A DNA stretch of 64,000 nt from Lama guanicoe (taxonomy: Eukaryota), in assembly GCA_013239625.1 (NCBI GenBank), contig MU053513.1, positions 2,902,927 to 2,966,926 of the forward strand. Reading direction: 5' to 3'. The notes under the pieces were generated by a model. The model saw nothing but the letters and a program-made list of their open reading frames with translations, did not search any database and was not told the DNA's origin. Below are positions 1 through 13,541 of the stretch, one piece after another. A program made the position numbers and the translations under genes. The stretch's first letter is position 1. The number at the start of each line of letters is the position of its first letter.

Positions 1-655
1 GAGGGATGAGAAATGGAAGAAACAAACAGAGAACATAATAAAATGGTAAACTTAAGCCCTAACATATCAATAAATACCTCACATGTAAATGGTCTAAAAA
101 CACCAATTACAAGTCAGAAATTTTTGCAAAGTGGATAAAATAACTCCAAACAATATGCCGTCTATAAGAGTAGATACATGCAACAACCTGGAAGAATCTC
201 AAGGGAATTAGGCTGTTTAAAAAGCTAGTCTCAAAGGGTTACATACTGTATGACTCCATGTATACAAAAGTATTTAAATTATAAAATTACAGACGTGGGA
301 AACAGATTAATCATTGCCAGGAGTGAGGAAGGGGAGAAAAGGAGGGAGGTGGCTGTGGCTACAGAAGGGCGGCACCAGAGATCCGTGGGGTGGAACCGCT
401 CTCTCTCACGACAGTGGTTTCCGTCATGCAAACCTACGCATGCGACACATTTGCATAGATTTAAAAACACACACACGTGAACTGTGAAAAAGCTCGGTGG
501 ATTTCATCAATGTCAATTTTCTGGTTATGAGATTAAACTATATTTCTGTGAGTTGTTACTACTGAAGGAAACTGGGTGAAGGGTATACTGGATCTCTCTG
601 TATTATGTCTTACAACTTCTGTGACTCTACAATTATCCCAAAATAAAGTTGTTTT
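1..655 (+). mobile_element. Old L1 (L1MC/MD-like): ORF2 start joined to 3' UTR
   Basis: 43-120 reads MVNLSPNISINTSHVNGLKTPI (L1 endonuclease N-terminus). From ~171 it is L1M 3'-end sequence (gcaacaacctggaagaatctc...gatctctctgtatt...aaaataaagtt). Confidence 0.8.
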
Positions 656-689
656 TCTTTTTTAATGGAGGAGGAAATACACACTGAAC

Positions 690-1078
690 CGAAGTCCTCT
701 ATCCACTTCTGTCTCCCAAAACCCCCTTTCTCTTTCCCAAGAGTAGTGACTGCAGTTGTTTTTTGTTTTCTCACTTACCCTTCCAGAGATAGTCTGCAAT
801 CGCTCCACGTAGAAATATATGTGAGTGTACACACAGATCTTTACACAGTTTTCACAAAGATTTTAACATCATATACACTTTGCCCCCCACACACTGCTCT
901 ATCAATTTATCTTTGAGCTTTTAGTAGCAATAGAGCTCCTTGCTTTCATAGGTGCACAGTATTCCATTCTAGGAATAAATCCTAATTTACTTAATCAATC
1001 CTTTCTTCACAGAACATGTCCAACAAAAAAAGACATTTAGTTTATTTTCAGTTAGTTCCTACTATAATTAATGCTCCA
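690..1078 (-). mobile_element. L1ME-like 3' fragment
   Basis: Degenerate antisense motifs gcacagtattccatt, aatttacttaatcaatcc, gacatttagtttattttcag. Confidence 0.6.
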
Positions 1079-2329
1079 GGTTGAGCAAGTGATCACTGAA
1101 TTGATTTTTTTCTAACCACATCAGTCCTACCACACGTACCCTCAAGCCACCCTTGGTTCCAGGGTATTGGGAGCCAGGCGTAGACCTCCTAATCACTTCA
1201 CGGTGTGTTATGCTCTGAACTTAGTAGACATCCAGCTGATGCTTGTTTATCTTTGTTACCATGTGGCTTTGCATCACTCAGCTTCTCATTGTAATTTAAC
1301 TCTGTTTTTAGGCTTGTAACTTGTCCTTGGTAAAAGTGAGCCTATTAAATATAATTTTCTGCAGGCATTTTTCTCCACTTTAAGGACATGTTTCTTCTTA
1401 ATTCTCTCCCCAAACCGAGACCACCCCCTTCTTTACTCATCTCCCTGCCATCTCTGCCATGATGTGTCCACCTTGAATGAGGAACCACTTTATCCTATAA
1501 CCCCAGTTTGGCAAGCAGCTCAACCAGAAGTGTAAGCGCCCTTTCTCCTTGAGTACAATGGAACTAAGGTGTTCTAATATGCCTTGCCCGTGTACAGCCA
1601 GGTATAAATAGCATGATGCTTACACTAACGGGAACAGGCTCTCATATTCTGACATCACATGACCCCTCTTCCTTTCCTCTTCATGTGCTGCCTCCCCTCA
1701 TCTCTGTGGAATTTCCAATTTTTCAAATAGACACTTTAAACAGAATAGCAGTCATAAATGAATAAATTTTGCTGTGAGAAAACACGGAAGGAAAAAAGAA
1801 AAGCTGGCCATTCCTCACCGCCAATTGTGAAAACTCAAAACAAAAAGCATTTTTCAGTTGTTTATTTCGTTTTCATAACCAAAGTCATAGCTCAGCTCAT
1901 GCACTGGTATGTTAGTTCATTTCTGCCAATGAGTCAACAAAGAAAAATGCTGACAGACTTGAATGTGTGTGTGTGTTCTTGTGTGGGTGTGTCCATATTA
2001 ATGTAAAATTAAGGCACAATAGGTAAAAGATGTACCAGAACAGGTCTGTACTTGTTTTAAAATTATCCCCATATAATTTTTAAATGTATGTCTCCAATGT
2101 CTGGTGAGTGCTCGATGCATATTTGTTGAGTAAATTTGAATGAATGAATGAGAATGCGTGTTTATGTCAATCATTTTCTAAGAACATCTGTACCTACATG
2201 TTAGATGTCTGTTTCATTAGTGTTGCATGTACCTGTGATTATGAAAGTTTAATAAAAGGTAATAAAGCTTTTATTTTGGCTTTCCCCCTTCAGGTAAATA
2301 ATTGGTAGTCCTTGCAATATTCCATTATG

Positions 2330-2535
2330 TGCAAGCTCTGCTTTCTCCCTAACCATTATTACTCCGCATGGCAGGACTATTTTAATGTCTGATCTATTCC
2401 ACCAGGTGAAGCAAACAAATTAGACAGAGCACCACAGCTGCTTGATATAGGATGTCCTCATGTTTTTGCTCCCTTTTTTAATATGCCCAAGCATCACATT
2501 TATTTTTCAACAGCTGCTGCACATTGAGCAGACTT
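2330..2535 (-). mobile_element. L3/CR1-like fragment
   Basis: ttaatatgcccaagcatcacattt...cagctgctgcacattgagcagac resembles antisense CR1 ORF2 3' region. Confidence 0.45.
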
Positions 2536-4634
2536 CTTAATTAGCTAATGTTTGGAAAGCCCTTTGAAGATAAAAAGCCCTGTATAAGTACTAAATGCTA
2601 TTATTACCTTGACAAAAGAATTCTCTCTTACCTTGGCTCACGGAGAATGTGCGAGCTTTCCTTCTCTCCAACTAGTGGTAGTCGACCCATAGGCTACACA
2701 AATCTGAGGAGAAAGAACTTAGAAATTCAGCTGCGGCCCTTGAACATAGGCAATCGGGTACCCTGGAGAGTTCCTTCAGGCCTTGATGTAATCTCCACCA
2801 GGCACCAGAAGAAAAGAATGCCAGGGATGGAGAGAGGTGAATGCAAACCTTTGAACTCAGGTTTTCCTGGCCACACACCTGAGCTCTTTCAACAAACGAT
2901 AACACTTCCAGGTCATAGTCATTAGAGCCTCAGGAGGGTACAAGTATGGTGTCATTCCTGTTACAATTTTTTATTATATAGAAAGGGAGAGGAGGAAGGA
3001 GCACACCTGGCTGGTCTGATCAGGAAAGTCACCGGGGAAAAGACAGTGACCACTTTCATGAGGAGATAGCCACAGCCGTGGGGCAGGAGAACTGGCACCC
3101 TCAGGTCACCAACTCGTGGATTAGCATTTGATACTATTTTCATTTCAGAATTTACTCAAGCAATAGGAGGTGAAAATAATGGGAGAAGGTGAACTAAAAG
3201 AAGTTAATGCCCAGGCCATGGAAATCAGCCCTGGCCTTCAGTGCTAATTTAAATAAATTGTGCTTTTTAATTTTTTAATAAATAAATTACTTAAATTTAT
3301 TTCAATAAATTATTATTATCAATTTTTCCTCACGGCACTGAAGTTTCAAATCTGAGTACCTGGAAAGGGACAGTTGTGGCATTCACTGAGAGGGAAGGAA
3401 TTTAGAAGAAAAGAGACTGGGAATGGGGGAAACAGTAAATTCTACCAAAAGATTCAAAATTGGAAAAACTTCTCTTAGAACCCCCAACTGATAGGCAAGG
3501 ACTAGGCAAGCAGCTTTAGTGCCGTCTGCCCGTGCAGAGCTCTTAATCAGCCTGCTTCTCTGGTCACTTGAAAGCTGCTGCCTCCGCTTCCCGGTGCCAA
3601 AGTACTCTTATGGAACAAGGACACACTACACAGGCTCACATGCCAAGATTAAAAACACTTCTTGGTGTCCTCCCTGAATGATACTGGAAGTAGAAAATAC
3701 TGTCTGCATCACACAGCTCTAGGGCTGAAATGCCGGTGATGGTAGAAATCCATATTCCAGATCAACTCGGAAGGAATCTCTTGGAACAGGAGACAATTCA
3801 TAGCTCCCTCCTGCAAGCAGGAACAGGGAGAGTGAGATGCTTAGTGGTAGAAGCTTGTTTGTGGCTAATATATTAAATAAATTATTCAAGAATAACATCC
3901 TTGTGAGCCCTGTAATTACTGTCAAGTAAGTGAGCTTGTTGACCTACAAAATGTAGATCAAAAACCAAATCTGCATTTCACACAAGATTCCTTCCAGGCC
4001 CTAGAAACTGAGTTGGCCAAGTTGCTGATTTGAAACCCAAAACATGGAGCACAAAATATTGTCACTCGGAAGTTACAGTGTAAGTGAGATTGAGAGGTTC
4101 AGGTCACAGAAAAAGAGAGTCTTGGACTCACCACTGACAACAAGTGACACCAAAAATCTCCATAATTTGACCCAATCATTCTTTCCAAGTAGATCTTCCA
4201 TTAGTATTGTTCAGGTCTCCAAGATCCCTGTAACCTGAATCATTTACTTTTCCATCTGCTATATATCCTGTATTTCCCACTTACTAATTCCTACCATAAT
4301 TTTTTTTTTTAGAATGCCTTTCCACTATAACACCCTGTTTCCAAATTCTCCTGCTTGTTCAGTGGTTTTCTCATATGTCAGTTCCTCAGGGAGAAGTATA
4401 AATGAAGCACTTCTGCTTCATTTCTCCTGTGGAAACGACTACTTTCCCCTGTAGAGTGATGCTATTAAAGGGATATATTTTGGTAATAGCTTTATTAGCC
4501 TGGAATCTCCTGGAGAGTGAGATCCATATCTATGTCATCTTAGATCATTTTTGCCTGTCAATCCAGTACTTTGAAAAGTAGTAGATGCTAATAAATCTTT
4601 ATCTAATTAAAAATCACTTAACTGTCCTCACATT

Positions 4635-4765
4635 TATCATCACTTATCGCCAGATACTATTCTAAGTGCTGGGGATATGGTATGAACAAAGGGGACTAGC
4701 ATTTCTGACCTAATAGAATTTACATTCTGAAGTATGTGGACAGACAATAAACAAAATAAGTAAGT
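4635..4765 (-). mobile_element. L2 3' fragment
   Basis: ccagatactattctaagtgctggggatatgg...tttacattct...cagacaataaacaaaataag. Confidence 0.7.
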
Positions 4766-5854
4766 TGCAGATGGGTGGGTAGATGGATGAATTCCACAGT
4801 AAAAGCTGGCTTTTTTGGTGAGAAAATAAACTTTCCCAGAACCTTTTCTAGTCTCTATATAAATCAATTTCTGGGGCCAAAAAAGTGATGGCTCATCTCA
4901 TCCACAATAGTTTTAGAAGAATAAAGGACAGAGAATCTGATTTCTCTATTGCTATATTGACTTCAGATGCCCCTGCACAAGTCACTTTTAGTGACCTTGT
5001 AAAAAATATTTTAATGCCCGTAAGTTTATGAAGAAACAGTTCCTTTGTGTCAGAAAGAGCATGAGGATGCTCCTACAAAAAGAATGGTCTTTTCAAATGA
5101 GAATTAACCAATGAAGATGGAAACATGAGAAGGTAAATTTTGGAAGGAAGATTTTGTAATGAAGACAGTTTTAACAAAGCAATTGGGATCCAATATCTTC
5201 AGACCCATGTGGCCAGTTCCTGTGTCACAAGTGAGTTCATTAAGCTTATTATTATTAATTTACTAATTTTTCTTTGCAACATGGAATGGTGAGAATCTTT
5301 TCATGTGTCACCATTCTAGAGAGGGAATGAGTAGCTGGTCCAGCAGGGTGGCCACATACCCCATGCTTGGTCTCTGCTGCATTGTCACTGAGAAAAACAG
5401 CAAAAGGCATTATATTTCCTCCATTATTTCACCAACTGATTTCAATTTTAGGGAAGACATTATTTGTGGCTAAAACTCTACTTCAAACTCAGTGAAAAAC
5501 ATTTAGTGAATAAGAACATCTTTTCAGTGTTCCAAGATAGCTCTTTGAAAAGAAAAGCAGCATTAGCCATTCCAGAGCATTTTCATTTCCCTCATGATTT
5601 CCAGGGCTCACAATATCCTAGATTCAGAATTTTCTACAGACTGTAGAGGTAGCATTGCCTAATATCTAAAGTGGCCTCTGAACATTTCCACTCTGGTCTC
5701 AGCCTCTACTGGAAGTCACGCACTCTTGTTTGTTCCTTGTCCCTTCTTCATTCTTACTTTCTGAGGTTCTAAGAGAGAAGTGGATACAATGGAGGCTGTA
5801 TATACCACAGGGAAGGGGGAAGGGGGAAAGGAGAGAAGGGGTGGAGAGGTCATC

Positions 5855-6095
5855 AGTGAAATGACTTAATGCACCAACTCAGAAACAAATTGCCCAAGTT
5901 CAACTCCTAGCTCCACAATTACTAGCTGTGTGACTCTGGGCAATGTAGCTAACTTCTCTGTGTTGCAATTGTTTTCTTTGGTAAAGTAAAGATACTGCAA
6001 ATAGAATTGTCATGAAGTTTAAATAAGTTACTGTCCATAGAAACTGAATGTCTGGTGCCTGGTGAACTCCACGTAAATATTTGTTAGTTGTTGTT
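5855..6095 (+). mobile_element. MIR SINE
   Basis: Core ttcaactcctagctccacaattactagctgtgtgactctgggcaa...aacttctctgtg, followed by the typical tail. Confidence 0.8.
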
Positions 6096-6354
6096 CTTCC
6101 TGCAAGTGGAGGAGGGAAAGAAAAAGAGATTCTTCTGTGGCCAAGGTCTCAGCTTGCTCTGGCTAGGATTCAAAGTGATGTCTGGGTATGTTGACAGATT
6201 GGGGGGCAGGCTTCTTGAAGTGTGTGTCCATAAGGGAAAGAGGAGCTTCCTGGGAAAGACTTCCCCCAAGGGCTGAGCTTCACCATTTAGACCCAGTAGC
6301 AAAGCCTCGGTCTTGGTGGAGGGAAGAATTCTGATTATATCTGATCTGACTCCA

Positions 6355-6715
6355 GGTTAGTCCCAGGCAGTGTGTTAGATGCTAGGGATACAAGGGGGTG
6401 TAAAACGGACAGGTTTCTGCCATCAGGGAGCTCACAGTCTGGAGTGGATGGAGTGGAGAGACAAGTCCCCAGACAACTAGAAATCAGGCAGGGCTCTGGA
6501 GGGGCAGGTGTGCGGCGCTGGGGGTGCACGCGAGGGCATCCAGCCTGGACCAGAGCACCCGGGGAGGCTTCTTCCTTGAGGGAATGACTTCTGCACGGAG
6601 GAGCTGAAGAACTACAATCTAGCTGGGCAGAGGGGTGGGGGGGGAGCATTCCAAGCCTCGACAGCGGGGTGGGCAAGGGTCCAGATGCCATCCCGGGCAG
6701 AACCGTGGTAAGCAC
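6355..6715 (-). mobile_element. L2 fragment
   Basis: ccaggcagtgtgttagatgctagggataca...gggagctcacagtct...ggaggcttcttcc. Confidence 0.65.
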
Positions 6716-6921
6716 GGGCCAGCGAATGTGTCCCACAGGCCACAGCCTGTTTTCGCAAATCAAGTTTTATTGGAACATTTGTTTGCATACTGTTGATGGC
6801 TGATTTCACGCTACAAATGGCAGAGTTGAGTAGTTGTGACAGAGACTGTGCGGTCTGCAAAGACGAAAATATTTACTATCTGGACTTTAATCAAAAAAAA
6901 AAAAAAAAAGCCAACCCCTAG
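6716..6921 (-). mobile_element. MER58A-like hAT-Charlie DNA transposon
   Basis: aagttttattggaaca...ggcagagttgagtagttgtgacagagac...aaaatatttactatctgg...gccaacccct. Confidence 0.85.
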
Positions 6922-9913
6922 CCTAGAGCATAACAGGGCAAGCGGCAGAGTGGTGGCATTCTCCCGGTGAACTCCCTTCAGCGTTTTTCTGGCGCTGGAC
7001 TGAACAGTAGTATAAAGCAAAACGGAAAGAGTCAACAGGTACACTTCTCTGTGCAGGTTACAAGCCACGCTCGAAGCAACAGCCCCTGTGGCACTATGAA
7101 AGGACAATGTACTTTTGGGGCGTGTTTTTACATTTGTGCTTCATGGAGCCTTTTCATAGGACGTATTTTTATCCAAGTTACTGGGAGGCACTAACTCATT
7201 ACATGCTGCTGAGACCAAACACTGTGTTTCTAGATCTTAGCCTCACACGGCCAACAACAACACGCAGAATAAACACACTAGCTGATGAGCTACATGACAA
7301 ACCCTCCTAAGATGAAATGCTGAAGGCAGGAGCACACCCAGTGTGGCCACACTGTCAGTTCTCAGCTGAAACCACCCTTGAGAGTCATTGGTTCAAAGGT
7401 ATATGATATATGAGCAGAAAACCTTTACTTTGGGGTTTTAGAATGACAGCAAAATCTTCCCTGAACTTTTGCCCAATTCAAAATTTAGTATATGCTTCTG
7501 CCTGGAACCTTCTCCCTTACTCTCCTGTAATTCTATCACCCTTTGTTCTTAGCTACATTTATTTCCATTGCCTACCAGGATTCAGTAAATATCTCCACTT
7601 CCCCTTCCCATAGAGCGCTGTGCTTACCGCACAGTAGCGCTTCTTTCCTGCCTCATTCCGTTAAGATCCTTGAGGGCAAAGCTGTATCCTTCACACCACT
7701 AAAGGCCAGTGCCTGAAACATCTGTGGGTCCTCAATACATATTTATTTAATGTATAAATGAAAAGGAAAACCAACAATGGTTGGATTAACATTATGGAAA
7801 GAAAATTGTAGCTATAGTTCACTCTTCACTTAACAAGCATAATTACATGAATGGTGAGCCATACAGTTCTGATATCAGCCACCGTTTCCTTCACCCTGAG
7901 GAATGAGCAAGGTGTTGTGCAGAGAATATTCTCTTCTCTGGTGTAGTTTGTTCTTGTTCCCCCTTATTCTGTCTAGGTTTCTCAGTCCCACTGATTTTCT
8001 GCCTCAGAGTCCTACACTGCCATTTTCTAATAGTGATCTGTTAGAATGGTTACTTCTTTAGGTCAGAATTGTTAATATTTACCATAAAGACTTCTCAGTT
8101 TCTCTTATATAATGAGTTTAATTAACTGCATTTCTATGGAGCTTTGTTTATTCCAACTTTCCCTGCAAAGTGTTGGCTTCCAGTCTTATGCCTAGTAATG
8201 GTACTGTTTATCTTCTATAATTTTCTGTTTTCAGCACTTGTATTTTCTGCCAGACCAGGGAGATGGGAGGCCATTTTTACCCAGAAGAAAAACTGATTCC
8301 TTGATTGATTTCAAGTTATGACATCAGGGGCACCTTGATACTTGCTGGGTGCAAACTTTCCATTTAATCATTTTATATCCACGATCACACAGAAGAAATC
8401 AAACCAAGTAGGGAAGAACCTAGAACTTCTCAATGAAGAAAGATGTTCAAAATGGGAGGAAGATCCTAGTATAAGGCAGTCATTCTGTAATCTGTTGTCC
8501 TTTATTTATTCTTATCCTTATCACTTCTTTCTTTGGGTAAGTAGATAATCCATAGGTGGAAAAAAAAAAAAACACCTCACAGGTGATGTTTCAAGAAACT
8601 CAGGAATTAAGTAGAATTGACTATGCACATTTTTTACACTTAAGATCTATTTTCAAATGTCTAACAATATAATTGGTAGATACTTCATTTTAGAAGCTAA
8701 ATTAAAAGTCAAGGAAAAAGAAGTTTGGAGGGATTAATCAGATTAGGTTTTAAAAGAAGATCCATGGGCTTGAATTTCCATATTTCTTTCCTGCTTTTAA
8801 AAGCAAAACAAAAAATAAAGAAAAATAAGCTGGGCTAAACATTGAATATTTCATGCACAGATTGATTTATAAAGAAAACAATTCATAGGAGTAAGGAATT
8901 CTGAAATGAATTATGAATCAGCTTAGAGAGAAAGAATTCAAGAAGTTAATTCTGAAAATAAAGAAACCACCCAATGTGAACAGAGAAACAGGAGGGACTC
9001 AGTCTGAAGCAGGAAGGCAATAGCTTTTTCTGATGCTGGCAATTCTGTAATTTCACACCTAACACATATGTTTTACCAGGGATTGTGGATAATATAAGGA
9101 CTTGAGGGAGAGAGTAAAGAAGAGAGAAAAAGGAAATGAAAGTGGAAGATTATATTTATAGAGGCATACAACCATGCAGTTGACACAAGAATGATAACCA
9201 TGAATTAAACTAATGAACCTAATCTTCAGAAAATTAGAGGCAGTGTAAATGGCTCTGTTAGTGTATCAATTTTCAGAATGTGAAAAAAAATGGAAAGACT
9301 AGGCTTGTCATTATTTTAAAAGAATTCTGGGACCTATTTTTACATACATGCTCAAAGTTCTTGTGAATTCTTCTTTGAAAAGATCTTAATTATGTGGATG
9401 ACACACTGATTTTCACTGGCACAAACCTCAGAGCCACAGACTCTAGGTCTGGAAATTATTTAAGATAAGACAGAAAATTCTACTCATGATAGTGTTAAAG
9501 CGAATATAATAGGTTTATCATCAGTAAATGTGGAAAGGAATTTAATTTTTAAAGAGTTTTTTTTAAAGGGATGGGTTTTTCTTGATAACTCTGTCCAAAG
9601 TCTCCTTGATTCTACAGGAGGTCAAGAGTCATTCATTTCCATAGTCTATTCACTCATCTGTCAAAACATCCAATAGCTCTTTTTAGAGTTTTAAATGTTC
9701 CTTGCACTAAATTTCACAATTTTTCTGTTTAAAGAAATATTTGGTACCACTGTTGTCAGAGACTAACAATCTAGAATAAGGAGACTTAAGTGACAAAGAT
9801 TTTTTGTGGATTTTTCAAGTGTATTAAAATATTCTTTATTTTTATAAAGGGAAAATTAAAAGCAGGTCTTATCTAAAAACTTTATCTTTTCAAATATACT
9901 TAGTTTAAAAAAA

Positions 9914-10405
9914 TCACAATAGCCAAGAGGTAGAAGCAATCCAAATGTCCACTAGCAGATGAGTGGATAAACAAAACGTGGTCTATGCATACCCTGGAAT
10001 ATTATTCAGCCTTTAAAAGGAAGGGAATCCTGTCACATACTACAACATGGATGAACATGGAAGACATTATGTTAAGTGAAATAAACCAGTCACAAAAAGC
10101 AAATACTGTTTGATTCTACCTATATGAGGTATCTAAAGTAGTCGAATTCATAGAAAAGGAGAGTAGAATGGCAGTTGCCAGAGGCTGGGGACGGGGAGAG
10201 TGGGAAGTTGTCGTTTAATTGGTATCCAGTTTCAGTTTTACAAGATGAAAAAGTTCTGGAGACCTGTTGCACAATAATGTGAATGTACTTAACACTACTG
10301 AAACTGTACACTTAAAAATAGTTAAAGTGGTAAATTTTATATAAAGTGGTAAAAAATGTCTATTTTTTGCCACAATTTAAAACAAAACAAAACAAAACAA
10401 AAAAC
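9914..10405 (+). mobile_element. L1MB-like 3' end with A-rich tail
   Basis: tcacaatagccaagaggtagaagcaatccaaatgtcc...gaagacattatgttaagtgaaataaaccagtcacaaaa...actgtacacttaaaaatagttaa, then (AAAAC)n. Confidence 0.9.
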
Positions 10406-11589
10406 CCTAAGGTATGTTTCTGGCTCGTACACATTTAATTCATCACTCATGTGCAGAGAAATCAGAGAGCCATGAAACCTTGCCCAACAGTCCTTTAATT
10501 AGCCTCTAGCTCTTATTTTTAAGACACAAAACCTCCTATTTTGAGAGGATTAAATGAACAGAAGTACATGAAAGGAAAGGTTTAAATTTTCATTGAAATT
10601 GAGATGCTGAGAAGGCCAATGAGGTTCTAAACTTGAAAAGTACGCTTGAAGATCACTATTAATAACTAAGATATACCACTAGGCAAATTCCCCAACCTAC
10701 TTATTATGTATGAACACAAGCAATTATGCCTTTGCACAATACATATACCATCTACTGCAGAGCATGGAATCAAATTAATGTATAATATAATCCAGCATGG
10801 AAAATTGATAACAGCAACATTGATTAGCCACCAGAAATATTTCATCTCAACACTTTGTATTTTCACTATTAAGTAAGGAAATAGACAAGTATATTTATTA
10901 CTAAACTATTGATAGAAATAGCTTGTATAGAGAATTTTGAAATCAGGGCCCAAACTTGTTCATTCTCAACAGAGCGGCAGTTAAGTTATACTGCTTAGTG
11001 TTAGACCACAGGTACTGACTGGCAAAGGGAAAAAAGCAGTCTTTGCTCTTAGAGATCTTATGAGGAATTTAACTAGGCTTCTGTAGAAATGAGGAATTTT
11101 AGCTAGACTTCTATACAATTAGAATGTAAAGTGAACAATATAAGAACCATAAACAAAGGGCTATAGGAATGCAAAAGAGAGAGGAAAAAATGGATTGAAG
11201 TCATAGATTTCTGGTCAGTTAGATTTCACTCTGCTTTCAAGACATAAGAGATAAAATTCTACCTCCCAAGAGTATCTATTCCATTTTGGGAAGTTCTGGT
11301 TGATTACAAATTCTTTCTTAGGTAAAATGAAAGTATGCCTCCATTTAGCATATTCTTTGGCGGAGTAACGCATTAAGTTTCTCCTCTTTCATCTACATAG
11401 TAACCCTTATTAATTATTACTAATTAATTAATTTATTTAAACTTCATCAAAGTGGATGTGGAAAATCCAAGTGGAGCTGACCTGACATTTGGATATGAGA
11501 ATCTGGAAGACTGGAAAGAGGTCTTAGTTAAAGGTGTGCATTTGGGAGTCATCAACCAAAAAATGGAACTTGAAATCCTCCATCATTTC

Positions 11590-12400
11590 TCAAGCCTTTC
11601 TTCTCCTCTCAACAATCTAAGCCCAACCATTCACCCATTCTTACTGAATCTACTTTCAAATTAACTCCCTAATCTTTCCCCAAATCACTATCATCTCTTA
11701 TTTTAATAGCCCTAAATTGTCTCCCCATACCCGGTTTTGCACACTTCCAACCATTCTCCATACTGCAGCTGGGTTTATCCTTACTGCATCAGGATTGTTA
11801 GAGCTGCTGTAACAAAGTACCACAAACTGAGTGGCTGAAACAACAGACATTTATTGTCTTACACTTCCACAGACTAGAAGTCTGAGAGCAAGGTGTTGAT
11901 TTCAAGGTAAGATCAAGTCAGGCACCTTCTGAAGTCACTAGGCAAAAATCCATTCCAGCCCTCTCCCCTAACTTCTGGGAGATCCTTGGCTTGTGGCAGC
12001 AGAACTCCAGTCTTCACATGGCCTTCTCCCTGTGTGTTTGCCTCTCTTTTCACATGGCATTTTAAAAAATAAAGACATGAGTCATCGTGGAATAGGGGCC
12101 CATCCTCCTCCAGATGACTTTACCTTAACTAATAGCATCTGCAATGACCCTGTTTCCAAATAAGGCCACATTGTGACGTACTGGTATTAAGACTTCAATA
12201 TATGAATGGGAAGGGGTTGGGGAAGGACACAATTCAATTCATAACACCTATAAAATGTAAATATAACCCTGTCATTTCCTCTCCAAACAATCTAATGGCT
12301 CCCCCTGCCTCCAGGATGAAGTCCATGATTTACAAAATTCTTCATAATCTGGCCCCTAGGTTGTCTTTTGTTTTACTTCTTGCAACTCTCCTTCTCCCCA
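11590..12400 (+). mobile_element. L2 fragment interrupted by an MLT1 LTR
   Basis: ccattctccatactgcagctggg before 11785 continues as taaaatgtaaatataaccctgtcatttcc...aatggctcccc after 12246. Confidence 0.65.
11785..12246 (-). mobile_element. MLT1 (MaLR) solo LTR, MLT1C-like
   Basis: gctgctgtaacaaagtaccacaaactgagtggct...gacacaattcaattcataaca, with TG...CA ends. Confidence 0.88.
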
Positions 12401-12489
12401 CGCACTCCCAGATATCATCAACAATAAACAAAATGATAATAGCAATGTGTGTTTTTTATAACATGGTGCTAGAAGAGATTGTAATAGTG

Positions 12490-13470
12490 GACTTGACCTA
12501 ATCAGGGAGATGAGAAGATGCTTTCTCAAGGAGGTGATGGTTAAACTGAGAAGTGAAATATCTGAAGGGTAGGTAGTTGAAGAAGGGAGAGAAGAGCATC
12601 CCAGACAGAGGCATCAGCTTGTCCTCCACGCTTAAAGGATGGACTAAGGGGAGGTGAGGGGAGCATGACCTGAGAGGAGGCCAGCATGGCAGGGAGGGCC
12701 AAACAAAACAGAGCACTGTGGGCCATATCCAGAAGGAGTTTGGGGAAGGCACAGGTGATCACTGAGAGTCTTACCCAGGGAAGTAAGATCATAAAGTCAG
12801 CCTTTCAAGAAAATCACCCTGGTAACTGTAGAGGACTGGGAGAACAAAGGAGAAGAGGCACATGTGGGTGTGAGGAGCCCAATCAGAAGCTACTGGAGCA
12901 GTCCAGGCAAGAGATGATGGTGTTCTCTTGCTTGGAAATGGTCCTTCTCTAGATGAGTTCTAGATGTATTTATTAGGAGGTAAAAACTGAGAGCTTGAAA
13001 GTAGATTGGTTATAAGGAGTCAGGGAGAAGGGAATGTCAGAGATAAGTTCTAGAATTCTGGCCTGGGTACATGGAAGGCCAATACTACCATTCATTAAAA
13101 GAGGAAAAAGCAGAAAAGGTTCATGAGTTCTGCTTGTAAATGTTGGGTCTGAGGAGCCCTTGAGGCATCTTGAAGGAAATGCTGAGTGGGCAGTTAGGGG
13201 TTCAGAGGCCTTTGAGGTGGGAATATAACGAATCTTCACCATGGAGATTGTAATTGAAGCCACAAGCATCAGTAAGTCAAAAATGAGAAGAAAGTGTATA
13301 AGACTGAGCTTCAACTGCAACAGTTAAACTCTGGATAGGAGAAGAGAAACCAGCCAAAGAGATGAAAAGGATCATTTCGTATCACAGATACAGAGGGGAG
13401 AAAGTGTTTCAAAAACTAGGAGTGGTAAACATCCATGAATACTGCCAGGAGGTCAGCTAGGAAAAAGACT
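12490..13470 (-). mobile_element. L2 fragment
   Basis: gaggtgatggttaaactgaga, gcagtccaggcaagagatgatgg, ggaaatgctgagtgggcagtt. Confidence 0.75.
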
Positions 13471-13541
13471 GGAGAAAAAAAAAGAGAAAAAAGAAAAAGG
13501 AAGGAGAAGAAGAAGAAGAAAGAGAGGAAGGAAGGAAGGAT
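13470..13541 (+). repeat. Purine-rich GA/GAA/GGAA low-complexity tract
   Basis: Seen directly in the sequence. Confidence 0.85.

Noticed and set aside
6500..7100. Locally raised CpG content
   Set aside because: Mostly within L2 and MER58 remnants and too sparse for a CpG-island promoter.
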